From positions 124,001 to 188,000 of the forward strand of contig JAKMXF010000317.1 of the NCBI GenBank assembly GCA_024704765.1: a stretch of 64,000 nucleotides of DNA, in the 5' to 3' direction. Of this stretch, positions 13,768 through 25,446 are shown one piece after another. Origin of the DNA: Oopsacas minuta. Taxonomy: Eukaryota; Animalia; Porifera. Position 1 is the first letter of the stretch. Every line of letters starts with the position of its first letter. The position numbers were made by a program, and so were the translations under genes. A model generated the notes under the pieces. That model ran no database searches. It was given only the letters and a program-made list of their open reading frames with translations, and had not been told where the DNA came from.

Positions 13768-15770
13768 ATGAGGTGTGCTGCTTGCAGAAAATCAATGCTC
13801 CGCTGGCACAATGAACCAGGTTTTATCCATTCAGAAGGTTTACCCTTGACTCTTCCTGCTCCTGATCTAGAACCTTCTATAAATTTTGCAATCGACGAGA
13901 TAGATCTTTACAAGGTGATTGGATTAATACAACCGAAGAAGGAAGCTCGACTTCTGATTTCGATTCAGAACCTAATCCAACCATTGAATCCTATTCAGAA
14001 AACGATAGGGTCCAACAGAGTGCTAATATACACGTAGATCTTGAACTTTTCTCTGATTCTTGATTCTGGAATGTTCCATTACTCGATGCAATTCGAGCTG
14101 AAATCGTGTTGCGTGGACCAAATAATCTTCAAAACAAGGATGCGCCATTCAAATCTATGGAAACGTTTGGTGCCAACCCCAAGGAGAAATCAGAACTCTG
14201 AGCAGAGATTTGTTTTTCCGCTACCTTGAAAACGGTAATAAAGTACACAGATCATGGATGTTATATTCCCCACTCTAACGAATGTCTTTACTGTTTCTAG
14301 AACTCAGTTAGCGAATTCAATTCGAAGTGATTAAGTAATTTATGGGTTTAAAACTTGGTGGAAGCCAAATCCAAAGGTTGTGATCATGAAAGAAGTGTTG
14401 AACTCAACTTAGCATTTGACGATTGGAAAAAATCGGTAGTACGATGAGGCAATGGTCAAACTTTGGATAAGAGCCTACAAATAGAAATAGATTTTGAAAG
14501 AAAGAAATGGGTAAATGTCAAAATCGCATCGTTAGTGTCCGTTCTGTTTTGGCTAAACTAATTTACCTCTCCGTGGTTACGAATCCCTTAATGTAGAAGG
14601 GAATCCTCGAAAGTTTCTTGAACTAACGAAGCTCATTTCTAAGTACGATCCTGAATTACGAGAACTCGTTACACATAAGAAGATGGCACTCATATTTGAG
14701 TCAAATGTTCCAAACGAATTTATTGAATTTCTCGCTAATCAAGTGAGACATAAAATCGTTCCTAAGTATGATTGATTGTCTATTGAAGATTGCCATGGGC
14801 AGGTTATGGCAATGCGACCACCATTGCTGGAATCCACATGGGTGTGCAATGATAGATTCGAAATGTGAACCTGAAAGCTGAATTTGTAATATGTGCGAAT
14901 CATGCTTTGAATTTAGCTCATGTTCATGCAGCAGGAGTTACCGTGAGCTCAACTACACTCTTTGGAACAGTAAAAAGAGTGTACTCATGCTTTTTTCATC
15001 TACTCATTGATGTGACATAATGAATACACACATACCGGAGGTTCTATAACGAATTGTCTCGTTAACGAAAGCCAGGAATGATTCAGTAAAAGTGCTTCAC
15101 TCCAATTTCGATAATGTGATTGACGCTTTGGGACAACTGACAGGAATAGGGGAAAACTCTTATACTAGGGGAGGCGCGAATATAGTCATTGCTAGCCTAA
15201 CAAATTTCCATTTTTATGTACCTTATATTATGAAGCAAAGTACTACCTGAAGTGGATGATGTTCAAAAATATATTTCTAATTAGAACAACGAAGTTATAG
15301 GGTGAAGAGACATTACTGCCCTTGATCTTTTACAGAGCCGCTTCCCATCTTTCTATTGTCTATGAATGTTTCTTACTATGTGTGTCAGTATTGCCAACTG
15401 TGAAAGAAGTTTTTCTAAATACTCATAAAGACATACCTCAGATAGACGTAGAAGTGCGACTCACTAGCTTAGCGACCTTGCCAATAGAAAGAAAGTCAAC
15501 CAAAGGGATGAATTTTTATGACGTAATCAAAGATTTCGCATGAATGAAAGCAAGAAAGAAGACTTGTCCAAATGGGAGTGACAATTATTTACATTGTCAT
15601 ACAAAATAAATAATAGAACAGTGATTGATTTTGAATGAACAATGAAACCAATAAAAATATAATTTTGAAAACTCAACAATTTAAGCTCATACACTAGCCA
15701 ACTTGATAATAAATGCGTCGAGGAGCAGCATAATTAAATGAACCCCGGGCGAATGTAAGTTACGCCTCTG
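13768..15770 (+). pseudogene. Degraded hAT element (ZMYM1/DUF4371-type transposase), internally deleted
   Basis: Fragments GFKTWWKPNPK, LPLRGYE..GNPRKFLELTKLISKYDP, QNEFIEFLA, LSIEDCHGQ, FVICANHALNL, RLTSLATLPIE..VIKDFA*MKARK. hAT-like right end gttacgcctctg at 15759-15770; left end not found. Confidence 0.85.
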
Positions 15771-16666
15771 CGTTCAGGGATTGTGACATAATGTCCAGGG
15801 ATTTTACTGGGAGCAAGGATATGGTGTTTCAGGATGATAAAATATCAATTTTAATCAATATATGATCAGTTCTGCTCCGAAGTTCTTAGAGTACTGTAAT
15901 TTAAGCGTCAAGTGTTTCACTAACAAGCAATTTTCTAGTATTAAATAGTTGGATGACATACATAAATTATTTGTGTTGATTAAATTAAGAGCAAATTAGT
16001 TTGAATTGGCTGTCCTTGTTTTCCTAAAATTCTGAGCCCCCTCAGATTCCCAGAATGAATAGAAATAAAAGGAAAACTGAACTGCCTCCATCAAGTTACT
16101 CAACTTCCTTAAATCCACTCAGCCAGCCATTTCAGTCCCTTCTCAGCTACTATCCAATAAAAATCAATCCTTCAGAACACTCAAATCTAATTCAAAACAG
16201 ACTTGACTTCCTCCGAGATCGTTCATTAAATCCATACACACAAATGTGAATAATAAAACAAGCTAATAAAACAAAAACACAAAGATATACTAACAGATAT
16301 AATCGTAAACAATAACCAATCAGACTCTGACCAAACAAACTAGAAATGAACTGCATGCAAGTAAAACTGCATTTGTAACATGAATACACATCATCCATTA
16401 TCTACAACAACAATTCGGCACATGAATACACATTATCCATTTGTCGCAAGCCTGAATTGTGTGTTGTAGAATAATGGGATCGATGAAGATAGAGTACAAG
16501 TAGAATACAAAACAAATCTAGAAAGTAGAATGAGAATAACATTTGTCCTTTGGATTCGGAATTTGTTCATCCTCCGTCGTTCATACCAACACCAGAATGG
16601 TATCCAGAGTCAGTCAGTTAGGGCAAAACAATTCAACATCAAGACCTACAAACAACAACAATCATA

Positions 16667-16885
16667 TCAAGTGAAACAACAAACTGTACACACAAATCAC
16701 ACAGCATATTGCAAACATACAAAGCTAAGCTGCAACAACAACATTTTGCAAACATAAAGCTAATACAACATGACAACAATCAAGTAAAACAACAATCTGT
16801 ACACAGAAATCACACAGCCTATTGCAAACACACAAAGCTAAGCTGCAACAACCACATTTTGCAAACACAAAAGGCTAATACACTA
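16667..16885 (+). repeat. 113-bp tandem duplication (~2 copies) within an A/C-rich tract
   Basis: tcaagt(g/a)aaacaacaa..ctgtacac...aaagctaagctgcaacaac.acattttgcaaaca starts at 16667 and again at 16780. Confidence 0.9.
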
Positions 16886-17191
16886 TTACATAGCGAAATC
16901 TGTACAACATTACACACACAGACTACAGCTCACCAGCTAATGCATAACACAAAGACTACACTACAGCCACTACAGACACAATTATATGGCATAAGTGGCC
17001 ATGCCTTAAAGGCGTCAAATCAAAACATAAAACCACTACAACAACACAACGACACAGCTGAAAAGAGTATAAATACAGGCAAGTTTTGACATTTAGTACT
17101 TCTGTTAAATTATTTCTGCAAAATTAAAAGTTAATTATTACCTTGCTCAAAATACTTAACTTCTAATAGTGCAAACTATATGACTACTCAC

Positions 17192-20118
17192 CACGGGTAA
17201 CTGAAAAAACATTATGACAAAAAAAATGAGGTCGTTGAGATTCTTTCACTTTCTTATACAGAATTTTATGAGGAATCCGAATATACGCTCCAAAAAATTT
17301 TCCTACCATTAAAATTTTTTTTACAGTTTATACAAAAATTTATGAAATCAAAAAAATTCTGGCTACAATAATTTTAACATATCCCCATTTTTAGTATATT
17401 ATCGTGATTCTTCGCTGATGTACTTCTTTCTAGAATTCAATTTAATTACTAGTTACCTAATAGAATTGATGTTTTTAACGAATACCTATCCAAAATGTCA
17501 TTACCATGGCAACAAAATGAAACGTAGGAATTTACGCAATAGTTTTCAATCTAGCTAAGTAGTACTTGTATGATATTACATTTAGGATATATACGTGTAA
17601 TTATTGATGCTTAACCTTAACTTAACCAATTATTTTTATTCCAAATATAGTGTAATGTAGAACATGACCTAGCTTATCATACTATGATTTATTTATGAAA
17701 TTGACGAAGTTAACATCTGATACTGTGTCTAATAAGCACTCTGGAAATTTTTCATTTTCCTCTTGACATTTATATCTTGTCTCCCAAACTCTGCCAAATC
17801 TAGAATGGGCAGATTCAAATGCTTGTTCTGAAACTGATCCTAAACCCATTCCATCTGGAAGATAATTCGTGATAAACGGAATTAGGTGCCTACATAGAAC
17901 ATGAACTTTTGTAGAGCAAGAAAGTCCTGATTGTTTAAATGATTGTTCAAAATGATATACTACCATTTTGAAATCTCCCTTTATGTGTTTCCCGAAGCAA
18001 GAATCAACAACATCCCTGAATTTTACAAGCGTGATATAAGACGAATTACTCTTTGGAAACCCGAGTTCCAATACCTCCTTTGTAATTTTCCTCATTGCAT
18101 TACCTTCAAATGCTCCTCCATGGTAAGCACTTCTATGAATATTCAGTTTTTTTTAGTATTGCTTCATGGTGTTCTTTTTCGTCCTCAGACATTGTGATGA
18201 GGATGGCATCGTATAACTTCTGTCCTATCCCAAGTAACAGATGTAACTCGGGAAGATTAAACATTTGCATGAAATCTACCAGCCATACATTTAGTGCTTG
18301 GCGATCCTCAATACCATCGCAGTCAATTGCATAATTCTTAGAATCTCCCTGATACATATCTTGAAGCTTTTGAAACATCTCTAGATGGTGAGCAGATGAT
18401 CGTTCTTCCCACTGAACACTGTCTAAACCCCTTCTATTGTCCCAAGTACACCATATACAAGGGTGACGTCCGTTAATTATTCCCAAGCAATAACTAACAG
18501 CTTTCAAATCTACCGTAAATGAAACGTTGTATTCTTCCATCAGTCGTTTTATCTGGTCATCTTGAAGCATAACGGAGAAGTTATAATTACACTCAGGGGC
18601 ACTCATAACCCATAGATAAACCAGGTTATCGACAGAATTATCATTCTGTATACACATAAGTAGTTTAGTGAAACCACGACCAAAGTCTAATCCAAGCTTG
18701 AAATAAAGATCATGTACCGATATTTCTCCGCTGATATTAAAGATCTTTTCTATTAGGGCATCGATATTGCAACATCTCACTATCCAAGAGTTCCTTTATT
18801 CTGACTTGTATTTCTCTTTACCATAGTCTAGCTCAATCTGGATGCATTCGTATATTTCATCGCACAACAAATGTGGTTCTCTATAGTAGCTATCCATTGA
18901 TGGACATGGTACTCCAACATCTCTAATAATTCGAGTTACTACCTTTAACTGTTTTTAGACAATGACATTCCTGAACACTTCAAATTCGCGATGTGAGAGA
19001 AGTCCATTTTTGATAATTTAGCTGGACGTTCGTCAGTACTGGAAGAGGAGACAGAGAGATGAAACGGATTCCCACCTGAAGTTTTAGGCAACTGAATTGA
19101 ATATTTGTTGTGGCTACATTCATGTAATCTTTGGTATACATTATCACCAACGAATGTATCAATAGCGTTATGGTGTTCCAACATATTATGTGCGTTGGTA
19201 ATCAATGTCTTTTTCAAACAGATATGACTAACTCCAGGACTAACACGACTCGCACATTTGTTACATATCTTGATCGTCTTTTGAGGTGAATTGATTGTTG
19301 GTCTTCCTGGCTTTATATGAATTATCGAAGATGAAGCTTGATTCTTGCGACCGAACCTTGAACTCTCGGTACGCATTGAACATAAGTTCCCAATGCGGCA
19401 GGTGTTTAAGCGCGTGTTACGAATTAAGGGCCAATCATATCGTGCATGTGTTTTCCTCGTCGTATCCCCTGAGGACAGAGCAAACAAGTAGAGCTTACAA
19501 GTATTACACACGATATAAGGGCGATTATCTTCTAAAATATTGATTGGTTCCAAATATTGGTTGTATAATTCACCTAACTTAGTGTCCTTTAGGTGATTAT
19601 TCCTCAAAACTATTTTGCCAACTTTCGAACAACACCAGCGACAAATTCTAGTTTTTGCATGTTCATGTTTCGTTTCTTCACTCATTTGCTTTAACTGGAT
19701 TAATCAATAATTACACGTATATATCTTAAATGTAATATCATACAAGTACTACTTAGCTAGATTGAAAACTATTGCGTAAATTCCTACGTTTCATTTTGTT
19801 GCCATGGTAATGACATTATGGATAGGAATTCGTTAAAAACATCAATTCTATTAGGTAACTAGTAATTAAATTGAATTCTAGAAGAAGTATATCTGCGAAG
19901 AATCACGATAATATACTAAAAATGGGGATATGTTAAAATTATTGTAGCAAGAATTTTTTTGATTTCATAAATTTTTGTATAATCTGTAAAAAAAATTTTA
20001 ATGGTAGGAAAATTTTTTGGAGCGTATATTCGGATTCCTCATAAAATTCTGTATAAGAAAGCGAAAAAATCTCAACGACCTCATTTTTTTTGTCATAATG
20101 TTTTTTCAGTTACCCGTG
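17192..20118 (-). mobile_element. Chapaev (CMC superfamily) DNA transposon, full length
   Basis: CAC...GTG termini, 4-bp TSD TCAC (17188-17191 and 20119-20122). TIRs 17192-17608 and 19703-20118, ~97% identical; 2927 bp. Confidence 0.92.
17682..19685 (-). pseudogene. Chapaev transposase (~665 aa) with two 1-bp A-run frameshifts and one in-frame TAA
   Basis: N-terminal H-x7-CxxC...CxxC zinc-finger (Chapa-like) domain and CxxC-x9-HxC. Core motifs KLGLDFGRGFTK, VDLKAV..HPCIWC, LPELHLLLG, YHGGAFEGN, KVHVLCRH, GLGSVSEQAFESAH. Frameshifts at ~18950 and ~18150; stop at ~18797. Confidence 0.9.
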
Positions 20119-23100
20119 TCACCGTCCTATACGCACTTCCCAGCGGCCGGCGGTCTGTAAGGCGAAGCCCTCGCAACCGACCTCTGGTGGAGCAGTAAAC
20201 TGCAAGACTCCTATTCCTATCTTGCAGGATGTCCCATCAGGACACAAACAAGCTCGGAAATCATTGCTGAAGGCTCCGGCAATCACACGTGTCTAATTCT
20301 GAGACAGGCTCCCCTATCAACAGGCCACCAAGGCTCTCTAAGTTCTTTGACGAGCTTCTTCCCAATATATGTAACCTGAGTATCAGCGAAGGCGAAAGCC
20401 CTGCTGCTACTGCTGCTTCACTCCTACCAACGAATTCACCTCTCCGCACTAACTCGCAAACTACTAGCTGTAACAAACACGAGGCAGAACAACTACTACC
20501 AACTAGCTCTCGCTCTAGCTCTAAATCAAAATCAGTAGACGAAGAACCAATCGACATCTCCATCCAAATCCAAGCACCTACTTGTTCTACTCTGCCAAAC
20601 ACAAACACGAAGACGAAGACGTCTACAAGAGGCAACCCACAACATCTATCAAATCTACCTGAGACATGCGCTCTCTACACAATCCTGAACACAGACGAGT
20701 ACCTCTACCTAGAAGACCCAGCTCCCAACAAATTAACCTTCCCACAGAAACTATCGATCTAACAGGCTATTGATAATTTAATCACTTGTGTACCACACTC
20801 AATTAAAACATTTTACATACGGCTGCTTGCAGCAGCAACACTCGAACAATCAGAACTAGACATCCCGTGCGAAATACAATATGTAGCAAAAGCTAAGAAC
20901 AATCTAGAACAAAAGAACAACAAGCCGTACATGAACCAACTTCACGCATATGGACTGAACGTACTTTTGTACACTAGCGCAACACTCCAATACAATTACC
21001 TACCTCTCCTGAATCTTCCTGAATTTCCTTCACACACCTACCGAACCATTATGCAGGCCCTCCACATGGACTCTCACACAATGGCCCGCAACTTTCTTGC
21101 AACACTCCTCCAAACTGAAATTCGCAACAACGAATTATTTCGACCACTTGATCGGAAGACAGGACCCAAACTAACAAGTTATGCAGCAGCAGTCAACGAA
21201 AGACACCAGTTGCCGCGAAACTCAAGAAGATACCCAACTTACAGCCTATTGTCCCCACGAAGTACCCATGTGCGAAATGCCTCACTAAGGCCACAATACT
21301 GACAACAACTGATAAAAGGTACACGGATAAACTAACAGTAGCACCTCGCTTCAAGTCACTGGCAGAGTACACGAAGACACTGCCCCTTGCCCTGCGGAAG
21401 CAATTCCTTGACACGTTCCAAGCCATCACCCAGGGCTATCCTAACCACCAAGAGATCAAGGGGTGCCCACTCGCCACACATCCTGAGAAGCGGTCAAACT
21501 TCTACAAGGTAGCACCCAACAAGGCTCCAGCAAGCCAACAGACCAACATCTATCCTCAATTAGTAACAGCTTGCAAGGCTATCAACATGTGTGCGAAATG
21601 TGGGCGAGACAGAACGCCGAAGAACGAACACAAACACTTGTGCTGTTCTGCCTCTAACAGGACGTGCCCTAAGGAGCGCACGGCACAATGCAACGCAGGG
21701 AACTGCAACCACCCGCAGCATACAACGAAATCTATCTGGCGAAACGAGGAATTCACAATCCAAGTTAACCAGGCCCTCCTGAAGGAAGCTCCCCCTTTTT
21801 ATTCAGGGAAGGCGGACTAGGCGCCCTTCCGTCTTCCCTCCTACTTGACCTATTTACGCACCACACCTGCAACATCTGTAAAGATGAAGACACACCTTCC
21901 AGCAAAAGCCTGCTCCATCACAGCAGTAACCAAAGTTGCAGGACGGCACATGCTTCCATACACGTCTCTTCACCTAAACCAATTCCTTCCAGCTGGGATT
22001 ACAAGGCCCCACCCATCTTCATCTACTCGACAGGGAATCTGGAAACAGCTAGAACACTCCAACAGCTATTGGAATTTGGGCTGACCTTCCAAACGCCCCA
22101 AGAGGATAGACCCAATCCATTTCTGACATCGTTTCGAGGGATCCTAAACTTGGAAACTAACACCCCGCCCTTAACCTATTACCAAATCTCTAGACCAGAG
22201 CAAAGGACATACAACCGGTATAGCCACCTTCTGCAACAACTAAAGGAGAATGTGAAGCGCGAGAACGTGCAGATCTTATCAGCGGACAAAGGACCGGGAC
22301 TGGTGATAGTGAAAACGTTCACGGTAATGAGGCTCTACCAACTGTACCTGGGCAAAGCGGCAACCAATGTGCCTCCAACAACTTACATGTCAGCCATCTC
22401 TCGACTAAAGAACGCCCTCTACAAGCTGAATCCTGATACGCAACTGCAGAACACAGATGACCGAGTTCCAACGATGTATTTTAAGATAAAGACCCACAAG
22501 GCAACCTTCCTCACCCACACAACACAACATCCTGAGATCTATACCTACAGCAATGGGGCAAAGGAGTTGGTGGAGATCAGCCGACCTATCATCAATCACA
22601 AGAATACCATCACATCATGCGCCAGCAAAGCAATTCGCAACCTCATCACTCCCATCATACAACTGCACCCTTACCTGACACAAGACATCTTTGAGACCAT
22701 CAGTGAGCTAAGCAAGCTGGGGCCGCCGGAGAAGATCTACACTGCGGACGTCGAAGCATTCTACCCTAATACACCCCATGAGCTTGCCTGACAGCTTTTT
22801 ATCATTTTGTACCTGGACATGAACGGGAAATGCGAATCCTCCAAGAGCTCCTCAATTTCAACTTTACTACCAACGGGGACGAATTCTTCTACCTGGGAAA
22901 GATTGGCATCCCAATGGGACTTCCACTAGCTCCCGAATTAGCACGACTGTGTACGGCATACCTCCTGACCAACTACACACCACCCCCAGGAGAAGTGCTA
23001 ACCATCTACTTTGACGACCTGGCAGCCACCTACCCAATAATGGACCTCCCTCTCGGTCCCTACAGGCTAAAAGAGACGGAAGCTAATGCAACCCAGGGGC

Positions 23101-23408
23101 CGTATTCACTAAGCATACTTAAGTATGTACTTAGTACTTAAGTACTAAGTACATACTTAAACCGTATTCACTAAGATTGGTATTCACTAAGATTTAAGCT
23201 CATACTTAAGTATGTACTTAAGTACAAAAGTTAAGTAACCTACCGAGGTTGCTTAAGTTATTCAAGCTCTATTTTAAGTTTCCAAACATATTATATTTAT
23301 CGATAACATTGATGTAATCACTTCAATCACTCGTTTTCTTTGATTAATTCATACTTTCACTATAAATTATGATTTTCTATGATGTTACAACATGACTAAA
23401 TCGTATAT

Positions 23409-24133
23409 CTAAAGCTGCTGCTGTTGATCATTTTCTAAAAGTCTCTGCTTTTTATGACGATAATACTCCCTCTGCTCTTCAATCAGCTGTAGTTGAGCCG
23501 AGAATACTTCCATCTGTTTAAGGAGCACTTCTCGTTGCAGAGGAAGTAAATCAGAGACCTTTGTTGACTGTTCGATGCTCCTCTTACGCCTACGCCTTCC
23601 CTCTGGACGACTGTTAACTACAGTAACTTCTGGTCCCTCAAACACTGGTGTTACTTCTCTGCTTTCGCTAATCTCAGTGTGTGAAGGCAATGCTGTTGGG
23701 GCTTGAAACATATCAACGCTACCACATATTCCAGTGAACGCTGGCGTACTCGAGAACATCTGTGATACTCTCTCCGTCACAGATGTGGATAATTCCCTAT
23801 CGGAGCTAAGGATCCGGATGTCTTCATCCTCCACTTCACCAGCTTCATTTGGCCCTCCTCCTGTCCTCCTCGCTTCCCTTCGACTGGAATCCACACGGGC
23901 TTTTGCGGAACCTTTTAGATTGTTCCACTTCTTCTTAATATCTTTCACATCTCGGTTGTTGCCATGGATGGAATTGATTTTCCTCATAACGTTGTTCCAA
24001 AGCCTCGTCTTTTTTTGTTTATCTCCGCGCACTGACCAGTAGTACCTCTCAATATATCTCCAGCATCCTCGATTGCCTCAATGAGTGTATACTCCTCCTC
24101 CTTTGTCCAATTTACTTTGCGACCTTTGTCCAT
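23409..24133 (-). CDS. Harbinger Myb/SANT-like DNA-binding protein with one 1-bp frameshift in an A-run at ~24012
   Basis: MDKGRKVNWTKEEEYTLIEAI...RLWNNVMRKINS..RDVKDIKKKWNNLK...RRTGGGP, the standard Myb/SANT pattern of Harbinger partner proteins. C-terminal coiled-coil-like segment. Confidence 0.88.
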
Positions 24134-24244
24134 ACTCTTGCTTTGGAATATCAATAACCTCCACCAATTTATAGTTTTCATAATGCAACAACTAGCTCCC
24201 AATTCAAGTACGATACTTGATACATTTCACAAATAAATATCCCA

Positions 24245-24323
24245 ACTACAAAGACCAACACCCTACTTAGATGTTTCAAAACTACAAAGACCAACACCCT
24301 ACTTAGATGTTTCAAAACTACAA
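24245..24323. repeat. 36-bp tandem duplication between the two Harbinger genes
   Basis: actacaaagaccaacaccctacttagatgtttcaaa at 24245 and 24281, plus a partial third start at 24317. Confidence 0.9.
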
Positions 24324-24399
24324 TTTCCATGTTACCTTATAATCATTGACTGTGCAAAATGTTTACATATCTACATCACAACATATATACTATATGAAT

Positions 24400-25446
24400 T
24401 TAGTTGCTGAAATTATGAATAGAAAATTGATCCCTATAATGCTTTGATGCCAGATGCCCAACAGTTTCTTCAAAGTCAAGAACATCATCCGGATAGGAAT
24501 CATCGGAGACTTCATCTTCTAAGAGAGGTTGTTTCCACTGTATTGCTATGTTATGCAATACTGCACAAGCAACTATGATGGAACAAACTTTATCTGGACT
24601 CATCCTGAGCTCTCCATGAAGACAGTGGAATCTTCGTTTCCATCGCCCAAATGTCTGTTCAACAATAACCCTTGTCCTCTTATGTGCATAGTTGTAGTTA
24701 AATTGGGGAGTAGATATTGGTTGGCGATAAGGAGTGAGTAAATATGGCCTCATCATGTAGCCGCTATCTCCTAATATATGCTCCCCTATTGAAAAGGTAT
24801 TTTCAACATGCATCCCAACACCTGAATTCTTCCAAATCCGTGAATCGTGAACAGACCCAGGAAAACGTGCCAATACATCACTAAACATTCCATCTGGTTG
24901 GCAAATAGCTTGGACATTAATTGAGTGGTAAAAATGCCGATTTATATAATCTGCTTCATTTTCCGAGGGTCTTTGGATTCGTATGTGTGTTCCGTCAACT
25001 AATCCTACTACGCCTGGAAAGTGAGCAATCTCATAAAACTTGTTTTTGACTTCTACCCTCTTGAGACCAGCAGGCAAACTAACAAACTGATGGTATATAG
25101 CTTGCAAACCCAGAGAAACATCTCGGATATAACGAGAGGCAGAAGCTTGGCTTACGTTTATCCTATCTCCACAAATTATCTGGAACGTTCCAGAAGCGAA
25201 AAATTGAAGTGCCACACAAACTTGTAAGTGAGGGGAAGCAGCACAAGAACGCTCGGTGAAATTCAAATAGTTAGCTATCAACTCTGTAATTTTAGATATT
25301 GAAGCTCTAGAGAAAGGGAAACGTCGAACAAGTTCCATATCATCATAACAATCTAGGGGATCATTGAGATCCCTGAAAACTCGTTGACGTGCCATTGAGG
25401 AAGAGGTTTCTTCTTCTGCGAGAAATAATGGAATCATCTGTGCCAT
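24400..25446 (-). CDS. Harbinger DDE transposase, intact 348 aa (HARBI1-like)
   Basis: Open ORF with VDGTHI, PGSVHDSRI, GDSGY, LLTPY, VEQTFGRWKRRF and CAVLHN. Confidence 0.95.
   Translation of the reverse strand: MAQMIPLFLAEEETSSSMARQRVFRDLNDPLDCYDDMELVRRFPFSRASISKITELIANYLNFTERSCAASPHLQVCVALQFFASGTFQIICGDRINVSQASASRYIRDVSLGLQAIYHQFVSLPAGLKRVEVKNKFYEIAHFPGVVGLVDGTHIRIQRPSENEADYINRHFYHSINVQAICQPDGMFSDVLARFPGSVHDSRIWKNSGVGMHVENTFSIGEHILGDSGYMMRPYLLTPYRQPISTPQFNYNYAHKRTRVIVEQTFGRWKRRFHCLHGELRMSPDKVCSIIVACAVLHNIAIQWKQPLLEDEVSDDSYPDDVLDFEETVGHLASKHYRDQFSIHNFSN

Noticed and set aside
17192-17230. Chapaev end (CACGGGT ... ACAAAAAAA) as an RSS-like heptamer/nonamer or a Transib/ProtoRAG end
   Set aside because: Spacer is 18 bp, the heptamer differs from CACAGTG, the TSD is 4 bp not 5, and the core motifs are Chapaev-type. 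No RAG2-like gene is present.
20123-20270. Hammerhead ribozyme in the retroelement leader
   Set aside because: No CUGANGA...GAAA core on either strand; CTGTAAG-GC-GAA-GCC and minus-strand CTGATGG lack the GAAA junction.
20268-22791. In-frame TGA codons as selenocysteine (Naiad-like)
   Set aside because: The other stops are TAA and TAG, the TGA at 22789 is explained by a 1-bp deletion, and frameshifts co-occur, all consistent with ordinary decay.
20261-24042. Antisense ORFs 20261-20635, 21193-21429, 21556-21763 and 23734-24042, and similar short ORFs over PI3K, ABCC and NHL
   Set aside because: Shadow frames of the identified coding strands with no independent motifs.
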